Of a stretch of DNA of 64,000 nucleotides, positions 9,702-18,226 are shown piece by piece. Below the pieces are notes generated by a model. It was not told the DNA's origin and ran no database searches. It worked only from the letters and a program-made list of their open reading frames with translations. Position numbers and translations under genes: made by a program. Within the stretch, counting starts at the first letter, position 1. Each line of letters opens with the position of its first letter. This stretch comes from Thermoplasmatales archaeon (GTDB lineage Archaea; Thermoplasmatota; Thermoplasmata; Thermoplasmatales; GCA-001856825), in contig JAJSLL010000008.1 in the NCBI GenBank assembly GCA_026127935.1, positions 4,550 to 68,549 of the forward strand. Direction: 5' to 3'.

Positions 9702-9776
9702 CGGGCCCGCCGGGATTTGAACCCGGGTCGTCGGCTTCGAAGGCCAAAAGGATGATCCAAACTACCCCACGGGCCC
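9702..9776 (-). tRNA. tRNA-Arg (anticodon UCG)
   Basis: Cloverleaf folded by hand: acceptor GGGCCCG/CGGGCCC, anticodon arm TTGGC-CTTCGAA-GCCGA, T arm CCGGG-TTCAAAT-CCCGG. No intron and no encoded CCA. Confidence 0.9.
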
Positions 9777-9795
9777 GAGACATGATAGCTTTGTG

Positions 9796-9803
9796 TGTAT
9801 AAA
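9796..9803 (-). promoter_or_regulatory. TATA box (tttataca) for tRNA-Arg
   Basis: Located 20-27 nt upstream of the mature tRNA 5' end. Confidence 0.45.
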
Positions 9804-10089
9804 GTATGACTTTCAACTCCTCATAAAATTCATAGCAATACACCCAGACAAGATTTTGGCCTGGCCCGAGCTGCTCAGATATATAATTAGGGAAAGAGAC
9901 TATGAGACAGCGACAAAGTTTTTCAATAAGCTGCCGTGGAATAATGGCCAGTGACAAACTCCAAATTATTAACTACCAAGAGGCTAGTGAAACTAACTGA
10001 TGATTCTGGAATCACCGGCACGGTCAGTGACATCATGCTTGTTTGGATCATGAATACTTATACATAGTCTGGAACATTATTAGTTGGGA

Positions 10090-10893
10090 ATGGACAAGAT
10101 AAAAGTATGCGTAGCTGGAGCAACAGGTTGGGTCGGTAGATCGCTCATACCGGCCATTCACAGTTCCGGAGATATGTCTCTAGTGGGCGCAGTTTCTCGT
10201 TCCTCGTGCGGAAAAAGTGTCGAGACGGTGCTGGGTATTAAGGGTCTCTCAGTAGAGATAAAACCCACTGTGAAGAGTGCTTTGGAGCAACGTACAGATG
10301 TACTCGTAGATTATACTTCTCCAGATTCAATAAAGTCGAACGTTTTAACCGCAATAAGGAAAGGCGTCAATGTAGTGGTAGGGACTTCTGGTCTGACAGA
10401 CGTCGATTATGAGAAAATTGAGAGGGAAGCTTCTAAACAAGAAGTCGGGGTTATTGCAGCGGGAAATTTTGCAATCTCTGCTGCACTCTTGTTGCATTTT
10501 TCAGAACTGGCGGCGAAGTACATGCCGTCGTGGGAAATAATTGATTTTGCTTCCTCTAAGAAGATAGATGCTCCAAGCGGAATGACGAGAGAGCTAGCGT
10601 TTCGTTTATCTAAAGTGAAAAGACCGGAAAGCGAAATTCCGGTTGATAGTGTTAGAGGAATAAAGGAGGCCAGAGGGGCGAATATTAACCATACACAGGT
10701 TCATTCCATTCGCCTTCCCGGTACAGTAATTGGAGCCGAAGTACTATTCGGAAAACCAGACGAGAAACTCAGTATAAGATATGATGCTGGAACCAGCGCA
10801 ATGCCATACATTGAAGGAACATTACTTGCTGTGCGCAGAGTTAGAGAAATTAAAGGTCTCAGGCGGGGGCTTGATACCATCCTTGATCTCTAG
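10090..10893 (+). CDS. Dihydrodipicolinate reductase (DapB)-like oxidoreductase, atypical active site
   Basis: N-terminal Rossmann motif VCVAGATGWVGR and a conserved ..KIDAPSGM.. block, but the HH pair before the Lys is replaced (DFASSKKIDAPSG). ATG at 10090; the track used TTG at 10084. Confidence 0.7.
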   Translation: MDKIKVCVAGATGWVGRSLIPAIHSSGDMSLVGAVSRSSCGKSVETVLGIKGLSVEIKPTVKSALEQRTDVLVDYTSPDSIKSNVLTAIRKGVNVVVGTSGLTDVDYEKIEREASKQEVGVIAAGNFAISAALLLHFSELAAKYMPSWEIIDFASSKKIDAPSGMTRELAFRLSKVKRPESEIPVDSVRGIKEARGANINHTQVHSIRLPGTVIGAEVLFGKPDEKLSIRYDAGTSAMPYIEGTLLAVRRVREIKGLRRGLDTILDL

Positions 10894-11000
10894 TCTCTAG
10901 GTCATATGTTTTTCGATTTAGAACGTTGTGCAAACTGTGAAAACAGTTCACAAGCGCTGTCAGATTAACGTTCTTATCCCTCAACAATTTCGCAGTTAGG

Positions 11001-11008
11001 TTTTTATT
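11001..11008 (+). promoter_or_regulatory. TATA-like box (tttttatt) for tRNA-Gly
   Basis: 22-29 nt upstream of the tRNA 5' end. Confidence 0.4.
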
Positions 11009-11029
11009 TCCATACTTATGGAGGATTCA

Positions 11030-11102
11030 GCGAGCGTGGTGTAGCCTGGTAACACGTGAGCTTGCCAAGCTCATGCCTCGGGTCCAAATCCCGGCGCTCG
11101 CA
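11030..11102 (+). tRNA. tRNA-Gly (anticodon GCC)
   Basis: Acceptor GCGAGCG/CGCTCGC, anticodon arm TGAGC-TTGCCAA-GCTCA, 4-nt variable loop. The T loop reads TCCAAAT, so position 55 is C rather than the near-universal U. Confidence 0.85.
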
Positions 11103-11245
11103 TGGTAAGAATAGTTAATGACATTTCAGTATTTTGAAGACAACTTGATTAATCCTTGGATAGGATTCAAAACCTATACTGATTGGTTTAGGACTTGGAG
11201 CAATGTGCTTGAAATTAACATCAAGGAACAGAATTTTAAGTGAGG

Positions 11246-11263
11246 TTGTCTCGCTCGAGACAA
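11246..11263. promoter_or_regulatory. Perfect 8-bp inverted repeat TTGTCTCG-ct-CGAGACAA, candidate operator upstream of the chrB-like gene
   Basis: Palindrome lies 38-55 nt upstream of the ATG at 11301, immediately 5' of a TATA-like gtttatgcctta. Confidence 0.35.
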
Positions 11264-11300
11264 AGGAAGGGTTTATGCCTTATTTTCTCTACTCAATTCT

Positions 11301-11768
11301 ATGAAATGGGTAACCAGAGAAAAGGCAAAAGTAGATAGGATAGCCTGTCCGTGGCTCATATCAAGATTTGTAGACAAAACCCCTGAATTTCTCTTCGTGG
11401 CAAAGGAAAAAGTTATGGAGGTTGCCAAGTCAGAAAAAGCCATTCCTTTCGATGCTCCTGGAGCAGAGCTCTTCCACTACAGAGAAAATGGGAAGGAATA
11501 TGTAAGTTTTGACTCAATAATTAAGAAATACAATCTCAAAGATCCTGCCCTGCTCGAGTTCGCAAGAATAGTGAGGGGAGCGGACGCTCACATCCCGGAT
11601 GCGCCTCCCGAGTCGACTGGTCTAGAGGCTGCTGCCCTTGGATTCAGGGAGATGGCAAAGGATGACCACGAGAATATGAAACTTCAGTTTCCATTCTATG
11701 ACGCAATGTATACCTACGTGAAGGGAAGGATGGAAGGGAAGATTAAACTGGAACACGCAAAGAAGTGA
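11301..11768 (+). CDS. Chromate-resistance ChrB C-terminal-domain-like protein
   Basis: N-terminal 'WVTREKAKVDRIACPWLISRFVD' matches the hallmark motif I associate with ChrB-type proteins. Confidence 0.55.
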   Translation: MKWVTREKAKVDRIACPWLISRFVDKTPEFLFVAKEKVMEVAKSEKAIPFDAPGAELFHYRENGKEYVSFDSIIKKYNLKDPALLEFARIVRGADAHIPDAPPESTGLEAAALGFREMAKDDHENMKLQFPFYDAMYTYVKGRMEGKIKLEHAKK

Positions 11769-11803
11769 TACCGGGATACATTACATATTGGGAAGGGAAA
11801 TAA

Positions 11804-12691
11804 TTGCTACAGTTTCTAAAGAAAATAGGACTACCACCTGAGAAGAATTGCTCTTTTGATCACGGAGATGTCGATCAAACCACGGGCAGAGTCTACGTTG
11901 CACATACAAGCTCCGGAACCGTTGAAGTGGTTGATGGTCAACAGGAGCGTTGGATAAAAAATATACCCGACTGTGCGGGAGGAAGTGGAGTGATTTTCGA
12001 CACTATCAATAACAGAATATTTGCAGCATCTAGATCTGCGGGGCATATTCTGTCAATAGAGGGGAGCTCAACCGATGTCGTACTAAAGTTTAAAACTGGG
12101 AAGAAGCCCAATGGACTCGCCGTAGACGGAGAAAGAGGAATTTTGATGACGGCCGATGTAGGAGATAACTATGCAAGGTTTCATTCCCAGAATACGGGAG
12201 AGGTTTTGGCTTCAGTGAGGCTAAGCGGGAGACCTAGATGGAGCACATACAGGAAAGCAAGCGACCAGTATCTCATCAACATAATGGAGCCATCTGGCGT
12301 TGAGTTCATTTCGGGAAAGAATTTCAGTCGAACCGGATTCTATCCTATCGATCAAAAGGGACCACACGGACTGGTGATAGCTGGAAGCTTCGCTTATGTT
12401 GCGAGTGACGACGCTACCCTTTCAAAATTCAATATCGATTCGAAGGGACTAGCGGGCAGGGCTGCTCTGGCAGGACCACCTGATGTCCTCTGGCACAACG
12501 AGAAGCAGAACCTGGTTTACTGCAGCATCGGAGATCCTGGAGTCGTACAGGTAATTGATGGAAAAACTCTGGAGATTGTTCAGGAGGTAAAAACAGAACA
12601 TGATAGCCATACTCTAACTTTTGACGAGAAACGTCAAAAGCTCTACACTTTCCAACCCGAAAGCCATTCAGTTGGAGTCTACCAAGCCTAA
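11804..12691 (+). CDS. Beta-propeller repeat protein (YncE/YVTN-like)
   Basis: Repeated blade-like segments of about 40 aa (..GRVYVAHTSSGTVEVVD.., ..NRIFAASRSAGHILSIE.., ..LVYCSIGDPGVVQVIDGKT..). TTG start. Confidence 0.5.
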   Translation: MLQFLKKIGLPPEKNCSFDHGDVDQTTGRVYVAHTSSGTVEVVDGQQERWIKNIPDCAGGSGVIFDTINNRIFAASRSAGHILSIEGSSTDVVLKFKTGKKPNGLAVDGERGILMTADVGDNYARFHSQNTGEVLASVRLSGRPRWSTYRKASDQYLINIMEPSGVEFISGKNFSRTGFYPIDQKGPHGLVIAGSFAYVASDDATLSKFNIDSKGLAGRAALAGPPDVLWHNEKQNLVYCSIGDPGVVQVIDGKTLEIVQEVKTEHDSHTLTFDEKRQKLYTFQPESHSVGVYQA

Positions 12692-12764
12692 TTGATGTTA
12701 AAGTGCTGATAGGTGCATAGCATCTCTCCATTTGACTTTCCGTGGTCCCGTTGGAATGATATCT

Positions 12765-13154
12765 TTAAAGTCGTATGATTCCGTCGACCTGTCCCGCAAA
12801 GACCTGTTCATTATTCTGGTTGATTCCGTTCATACTTATTCTCAGCCTCATCAACCTTTCTTCCTTGTCCACCTTGATGATCTCCGACTCACAGCTTATC
12901 AAGTCTCCGACGTAAACTGGTTTTATGAAATGAAACGAGAAATCTCTTGCGATGAAGTTCAGTTCTCCACCCATCTTTGTTGGAATTGTCGCGGTCAAAA
13001 GTCCCTGAACCATAATTCTACCCAGACTGTCAGGTTGAATGTGGTGTATGCCCTTATCGCCGGATAATTCACCGAATGAAATTACATCCTCCATCGTAAA
13101 TGATCTGCTATACGTAGATTTCTGCCCAACTTTGATTTCCATTACAAATATCAT
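12765..13154 (-). CDS. MaoC-like (R)-specific enoyl-CoA hydratase / hot-dog fold protein
   Basis: 129 aa; 'FTMEDVISFGELSGDKGIHH' is typical of the MaoC dehydratase N-terminal motif. Confidence 0.75.
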   Translation of the reverse strand: MIFVMEIKVGQKSTYSRSFTMEDVISFGELSGDKGIHHIQPDSLGRIMVQGLLTATIPTKMGGELNFIARDFSFHFIKPVYVGDLISCESEIIKVDKEERLMRLRISMNGINQNNEQVFAGQVDGIIRL

Positions 13155-13525
13155 AATTTCGAACCACTATTACATCTTGTCGAAATCTGTTTATTCAGTG
13201 GCATTCCACCTAATTGTTTCACATATGCTACTTTGGTACAGCTAGCGTTCCACTTTCGAAAAATGACATAGAATTGGAAAATGTACCAGTCTCATTAAAT
13301 ACAAATTATATTAGTTTCAAGCATGGTTCAGCCCATTCAAGCTGAATATGATACCTCTCGAGATCCGGCAAAGAAAAAGTTGCTTACCGTCTCGATTGTA
13401 ATTGTAGCAGTGATGTTGACCTCTTCCTTGCTGTCCTCCGACATTTCCTCTTGATGCAGTTGAACTGCTCTTAAAAGTTTAAGTTATTTGCAAAACAAAA
13501 TTAATCACTGTCGTACTGACCTGTA

Positions 13526-13969
13526 TCATTGGACGTACTGGCTGTAAATGGAGGGGTACGTTTTCAATAGATACAGGTTGATTTCCAAGACATTGACATA
13601 TGGCGTTCCAAAGAAGAAGAGCGTGTAGTGCTTGTACTTCAGCAGTGTAGCATTAAGCACTGACTCGGAGATACCGGTGGCATTGTGTATCCTCGGTACC
13701 TGACTCATTGCGTCTTTCAACGTTATATCCGGATCTACCCCTGAAGCGGAGTTGTTTCTGGGATGGAAGAACGCTGGGACGGTGAAATTCTGTGCTATGA
13801 GTTCTGAACCAATTGACTTTCCATCGTAATAAACCTGTGAACCGTTCGACTGCCACGGAAGTGCTACCTGACCTATTCCAGTCATGACTATAGGAAATAC
13901 GAGACCACATATCAGCAACGATATGAGGGCGAGTCTCACATTTGTGGACAGGCTCTTTACTCCTTTCAT
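13526..13969 (-). CDS. kdpC: Potassium-transporting ATPase subunit C
   Basis: N-terminal TM and 'GSELIAQNF..FHPR.SA...DPDITL..A..Q..RI' KdpC motifs. ATGA overlap with the kdpB stop. Confidence 0.8.
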   Translation of the reverse strand: MKGVKSLSTNVRLALISLLICGLVFPIVMTGIGQVALPWQSNGSQVYYDGKSIGSELIAQNFTVPAFFHPRNNSASGVDPDITLKDAMSQVPRIHNATGISESVLNATLLKYKHYTLFFFGTPYVNVLEINLYLLKTYPSIYSQYVQ

Positions 13970-16131
13970 ATCGTCACCCTGAGAACAGTTATGAGAATCG
14001 CAATGAGTTTAATTCCGATGAACGGGAGCACTATTCCACCAAGTCCATAGATAGTCACATTCTTCAGGAAAATCTTCATCGTGCTGGACGGTTTGAACGT
14101 ATTCCCCCTCAGTGCAAGGGGAATCAGGGCTGGTATGATTATGGCATTGAATATGAGGGCGGAAATGACCGCGAGGTGTGGGGTGAGGTGCATCAGGTTG
14201 AGCGCACCCAGTTCTGGCAGTGCTGCGAACATTATTGGCACTATAACGAAATACTTCGCTATGTCATTTGCTATGCTGAAAGTTGTGACCGTCCCTCTAG
14301 TCATCAGAATCTGTTTACCGAGCATGATCACGTCTATTATCTTAGAAGGATTTGACTCGAGATCTACCATGTTGGCTGCCTCCTTTGCAGGCTCTGTACC
14401 TGACGCCATGGCCAATCCAACATCTGCTGCTGAGAGTGCGGGAGCATCGTTCGTCCCGTCTCCAATCATCGATACAATCTTTCCTCTCTTCTGTTCTTCC
14501 TTGACAAATTCGTACTTTGTTTCTGGCCTTGCCTTGGCTATATAGTCATCTATTCCTACGTCCTTCGATATGAAACCAGCGGTTATCGGCTGGTCCCCTG
14601 TCACCATGACCACCTCGATATCCATTTCCTTGAGGGCCTTTATCTTCTCCCTGACTCCAGGTTTGACCTCATCTTTCAACTTTATGAACCCGATGACATC
14701 TCCTGTCTCTGCAACTGCCATAACCGTTGCACCGTCTTCGGATATCTTTTCCAGCATCTCGTCATATCCTGGTGGTTTAATCTTCACGTAATCTATTATA
14801 GCATCTGGGGCTCCCTTCACTATCTCCAGTGCCTGTTGCGGTTCGTCTCCCGATGCGAACTTTCTTCTGATCCTCTTCCTCTGGAGTATCCCCCTTCCCC
14901 CTTTTGGGAGTTGAAATTCGTTAGTATCGGTCATCTTCACGCTGCTTCTCCGGGTAGCAGCGCTGAATTCCTCGAATTCTGACCGCTCTATGGATCCAAA
15001 TTGATGGGGCACGAAGCCTAGGTTGTATGCGAGTTCGACTATGCTCTTGCCTTCTGGAGTATCATCTTCCCATGATGAAAGAAGCGCCGCTTCACCGACT
15101 TCCCTCTCCGTGTGGTTTCCTGCAGGCACGAACATTACAGCTTTCCTCATACCTTTTGTTATCGTTCCGGTCTTGTCCAGTAGAAGTGCATCTGTGTCTC
15201 CTGAAGCCTCTATTGCCTTCCCAGATTTTGCGATAATTCTCTTGACAGACATTCTGTTAATTCCTGAAATTCCTATTGCCGGTAGAAGTGCTCCTATTGT
15301 CGTAGGAAGCAGGCAGACGTAGAGGGCGATGACAACGGCGAGGTCTATGCCAAGTTTCAGCTCCACTCCGAGGAAGAGCAAAGTCACAACGATTATAGTA
15401 AATATGGCCGAGAATCCGGCAATGAGAATTGTAAGCGCAATCTCGTTCGGTGTCTTTGGTCTGGAAGAAGATTCCACAAGACCGATAAGTTTACTGACAT
15501 AAGTTTCGTTAGGATTTGTCGACACTCTGGCTACCAGACTGTCCGTTGCAACCAGTGAACCACCGAGAAGGGTGGAACCCACCGATTTCCTCACGTCTGC
15601 CGATTCGCCTGTCAGTAGAGATTCATCAACCATCGCAATGCCCTCGAGAACCTCCGAGTCTATCGGTACCTTGTCACCATGGTCCACCAGGATCAGGTCT
15701 CCCTTCCGAAGATCGTCCGAATGAACCGTTTCAAAATTGCTTCTGTTTGACGACAGCAGCCTCTTTGCAGTCATCTGTTCCTTCATCTTTCTGAGACTGG
15801 ATGCAGTGTTTCTGATCTGAGCTTCAGCTATTGAATCTGAAAGTGTGCTGAACCACACCGTTATTATAAGTATCAGGGCGACTTCAGAATAGAACAGCTG
15901 CTCCCGACCGCTTGAGACTATAGGGATGAGAGTGGGGTCTATTGCCATCAGTAGAACTATGAAGAACATGAGTTCAGTGATGAACATTACGACGTTTGAC
16001 TTCAGTACCCACGGGTTCAGCCTCTTCAGTGAGTCGATTATTATCGAGGACCAGTGCAATTTGTTCTCAACAATCACGTTCGTATCAGAGGGCAAAGATG
16101 ACACCCCCGAAACTGGTCTTGAAACCCTCAA
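13966..16131 (-). CDS. kdpB: Potassium-transporting P-type ATPase subunit B
   Basis: DKTGTIT phosphorylation site, MVTGD, GDGTNDAPAL. The start is ambiguous: TTG at 16131 overlaps kdpA by 47 nt, while GTG at 16077 (8 nt after the kdpA stop) gives a better N-terminal length. Confidence 0.9.
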   Translation of the reverse strand: MRVSRPVSGVSSLPSDTNVIVENKLHWSSIIIDSLKRLNPWVLKSNVVMFITELMFFIVLLMAIDPTLIPIVSSGREQLFYSEVALILIITVWFSTLSDSIAEAQIRNTASSLRKMKEQMTAKRLLSSNRSNFETVHSDDLRKGDLILVDHGDKVPIDSEVLEGIAMVDESLLTGESADVRKSVGSTLLGGSLVATDSLVARVSTNPNETYVSKLIGLVESSSRPKTPNEIALTILIAGFSAIFTIIVVTLLFLGVELKLGIDLAVVIALYVCLLPTTIGALLPAIGISGINRMSVKRIIAKSGKAIEASGDTDALLLDKTGTITKGMRKAVMFVPAGNHTEREVGEAALLSSWEDDTPEGKSIVELAYNLGFVPHQFGSIERSEFEEFSAATRRSSVKMTDTNEFQLPKGGRGILQRKRIRRKFASGDEPQQALEIVKGAPDAIIDYVKIKPPGYDEMLEKISEDGATVMAVAETGDVIGFIKLKDEVKPGVREKIKALKEMDIEVVMVTGDQPITAGFISKDVGIDDYIAKARPETKYEFVKEEQKRGKIVSMIGDGTNDAPALSAADVGLAMASGTEPAKEAANMVDLESNPSKIIDVIMLGKQILMTRGTVTTFSIANDIAKYFVIVPIMFAALPELGALNLMHLTPHLAVISALIFNAIIIPALIPLALRGNTFKPSSTMKIFLKNVTIYGLGGIVLPFIGIKLIAILITVLRVTI

Positions 16132-17761
16132 GGAATTGAAGGATCGGTCCGAGTACTAGGAACGGGAAAAATGTGAGAACGGTCAGGATGAAAATGCTGA
16201 CCACAAGAATGACGACAAAACTTATGTTGCCGGTCTTTAGGCCCTGACTTGGCGTTCTCTTCCTCACGGCGACGCTGTCTGCAATTGCTAACATGAACAG
16301 CATCGGAAGGTATCTTCCGAGCCACATTACGATCCCCGTCGTCACGTTGAAAAATACTGTGTTTCCGGATGCTCCGAGGAAGTCGGATCCATTGTTGGCA
16401 GCTGAAGACGTGAACTCATAAAATATCTGAGTAAAACCTATGGAGTTTGCCGCCAGCCCGACCGCCTTTTCTGCTCCTATTGCAAAAGCAAGGACAGTAG
16501 GCACAAGGATGATTATTGGGTGAGTTAGAAATGCCATTACTGCAAGCTTCACATCCCTCCCCTCAATCTTGATGCCCAGATACTCTGGAGTTCTACCTGC
16601 CATCAGACCAACTAGGAAGATGGTAACAATGACGTACATTATCAGATACATTGCTCCGATCCCGTCTCCTCCTGGAGCTCCCTGTATGAGCATACCTATG
16701 AATCCGGCAAGGATGACAACTGGATTGAATGCCGCCAGAGATGCGTTGACCGAACCCGTAGTGAAGGCAGTTGTCGTGACCGTCCAGAACACCGAGGCAG
16801 CTCCTCCATACCCGACCTCCAAACCCCTCCCAATGTGAACCATTGGAAGAAAAGCAATAACCAAATCAATTCCATAGATGGCGTATGCCGCAAGGAATAG
16901 CGTCCTTCCTTCCCTGTTGTCCCCTACCATTCGCCCGAACATGAACAGAGTTGCAGTGGGGATGAACATCATCATCCCCAATTCCAAGAAATCGGTTACC
17001 TGACTTGGGTTCTGGAGGGGATAAGCTGAGTTGGCGCCGAAGTACCCTCCACCGTTTGTTCCAAGCTGCATTATGGAGACGAGGGATGCGATCGGTCCCC
17101 TATAGAGTGTCTCGTAAGCATCCTTCTGGAGCGTTGGAATTAATGTGTAACCACCCAAGCTCTGCGGAATGCCAAGTGCTATCAGGACCAAGGTGGTAAT
17201 GAATGTGAGCGGCAATAGTACCCTAGTGAGTGACCTGACGTAGTCGAAGTAGAAATTACCTATCGTTCTTGCTTTGCCGGCAAATCCTCGCAAGATCGCT
17301 ACTCCAACAGCCAATCCTGTTGCTGCTGAGGTAAACTGAAGGAACTGAATCGCGGACATCTGGCTCAGATATGAGAGCGTCGTCTCGCCGTTATAGTGTT
17401 GCAAGTTTGTATTTGAGGAGAAAGAGAGAACTGTATTGAACGCCAGGGACCAAGACATACCCTGGTAGTGCATTGGATTGAGTGGGAGATTAGCCTGAAA
17501 CATCAGTATGAAGAGAGCGATTACCGCCTGTGCTACGTTCAGGTAGAAAAGGGCCTTGAAATATTCCTTCCAACCCATGTTCTTGGTACTTTCGATTCCC
17601 GACAGAGTATATATGAAATTCTCTATCGGCTTGAAAAACTTGTCGAGCCTGCTCTTGCCGCCCGTGAATACTGTGAAGAGGTATTTCGAAAAGAACCAAG
17701 AGAATACTATGACTACACCCCAAACGACTGCAACGACGAACAGGTCTTCGATTGAGAGCAT
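16085..17761 (-). CDS. kdpA: Potassium-transporting ATPase subunit A
   Basis: ..NTNLQHYNGETTLSYLSQM.. selectivity-filter-type motifs. I prefer the ATG at 17761 (MLSIEDL..) over the GTG at 17797, based on N-terminal alignment to KdpA as I recall it. Confidence 0.9.
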   Translation of the reverse strand: MLSIEDLFVVAVVWGVVIVFSWFFSKYLFTVFTGGKSRLDKFFKPIENFIYTLSGIESTKNMGWKEYFKALFYLNVAQAVIALFILMFQANLPLNPMHYQGMSWSLAFNTVLSFSSNTNLQHYNGETTLSYLSQMSAIQFLQFTSAATGLAVGVAILRGFAGKARTIGNFYFDYVRSLTRVLLPLTFITTLVLIALGIPQSLGGYTLIPTLQKDAYETLYRGPIASLVSIMQLGTNGGGYFGANSAYPLQNPSQVTDFLELGMMMFIPTATLFMFGRMVGDNREGRTLFLAAYAIYGIDLVIAFLPMVHIGRGLEVGYGGAASVFWTVTTTAFTTGSVNASLAAFNPVVILAGFIGMLIQGAPGGDGIGAMYLIMYVIVTIFLVGLMAGRTPEYLGIKIEGRDVKLAVMAFLTHPIIILVPTVLAFAIGAEKAVGLAANSIGFTQIFYEFTSSAANNGSDFLGASGNTVFFNVTTGIVMWLGRYLPMLFMLAIADSVAVRKRTPSQGLKTGNISFVVILVVSIFILTVLTFFPFLVLGPILQFLEGFKTSFGGVIFAL

Positions 17762-17861
17762 GATGACACCTACAGGCTGGACATCCAGAGCACCCACATA
17801 CCTAAAGTGATGGCCATAACGATCTCAACGCATCCAACAATTAAAATATTTCAATATCCAA

Positions 17862-18134
17862 TTATTCCGGGACTTCAAGCGTGTGATTACGGTGCGATTT
17901 CAGCACTATTGAAGTAACTGTGCTCTTTATCCCACCTATCTTCATTATTCTGTTCTTGAGCAAATCCCTGAATTCTTCTATGCTAGCCACATCCACTAAT
18001 ACTATAACGTCAAACTCACCTGTTACCTCGTATATCTGGACAGCGTTCTTTATTTCTTTTAGGGAAGATATCACCTCGTCCATTCTCTGGGAATCCACGA
18101 ATAAGTCCACGAATGCAAGTACTCTGTCTGCCAA
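17862..18134 (-). CDS. Stand-alone RAM (Lrp/AsnC ligand-binding) domain protein
   Basis: 90 aa; 'IYEVTGEFDVIVLVDVASIEEFRDLL.NRI..I.GI..T.T' is typical of the AsnC C-terminal domain. No HTH. TTG start. Confidence 0.65.
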   Translation of the reverse strand: MADRVLAFVDLFVDSQRMDEVISSLKEIKNAVQIYEVTGEFDVIVLVDVASIEEFRDLLKNRIMKIGGIKSTVTSIVLKSHRNHTLEVPE

Positions 18135-18226
18135 ATTTTCACTACCTATAGGCTTCTCCCCCCATCAGGAAAGGCTATAAAAATATTAGTCAGGCCTTAT
18201 ATGCCGACTGCTCTTTTAAAGTCCAC

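Noticed and set aside
9634-9957. 107-aa ORF on the minus strand.
   Set aside because: It runs straight through the tRNA-Arg gene (9702-9776), and its translation is simply the tRNA read as protein.
10933-10948. Hairpin AACTGT-gaaa-ACAGTT after the dapB-like gene, considered as a terminator.
   Set aside because: Archaeal termination relies on oligo-T tracts, and a T5 run already follows the stop at about 10906. The 6-bp stem is short and not followed by a U tract.
13323-13454. 43-aa ATG-started ORF with one TM-like helix, convergent on kdpC.
   Set aside because: It has no motif and no obvious promoter, and short hydrophobic ORFs arise easily by chance. It cannot be supported from sequence alone.
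14081-14545. Long antisense ORFs inside well-supported genes. Examples: 14081-14545 opposite kdpB, 36366-36758 opposite rpl18e, 57472-58002 opposite the DUF373/wHTH genes, 63055-63528 opposite tyrS, 49086-49640 opposite rpoB, and 32245-32592 opposite the OMT pseudogene.
   Set aside because: Their translations are low-complexity (Ser/Pro/Leu-rich) with no motifs. Each lies fully inside a gene with strong family signatures on the other strand, which is typical of shadow ORFs.
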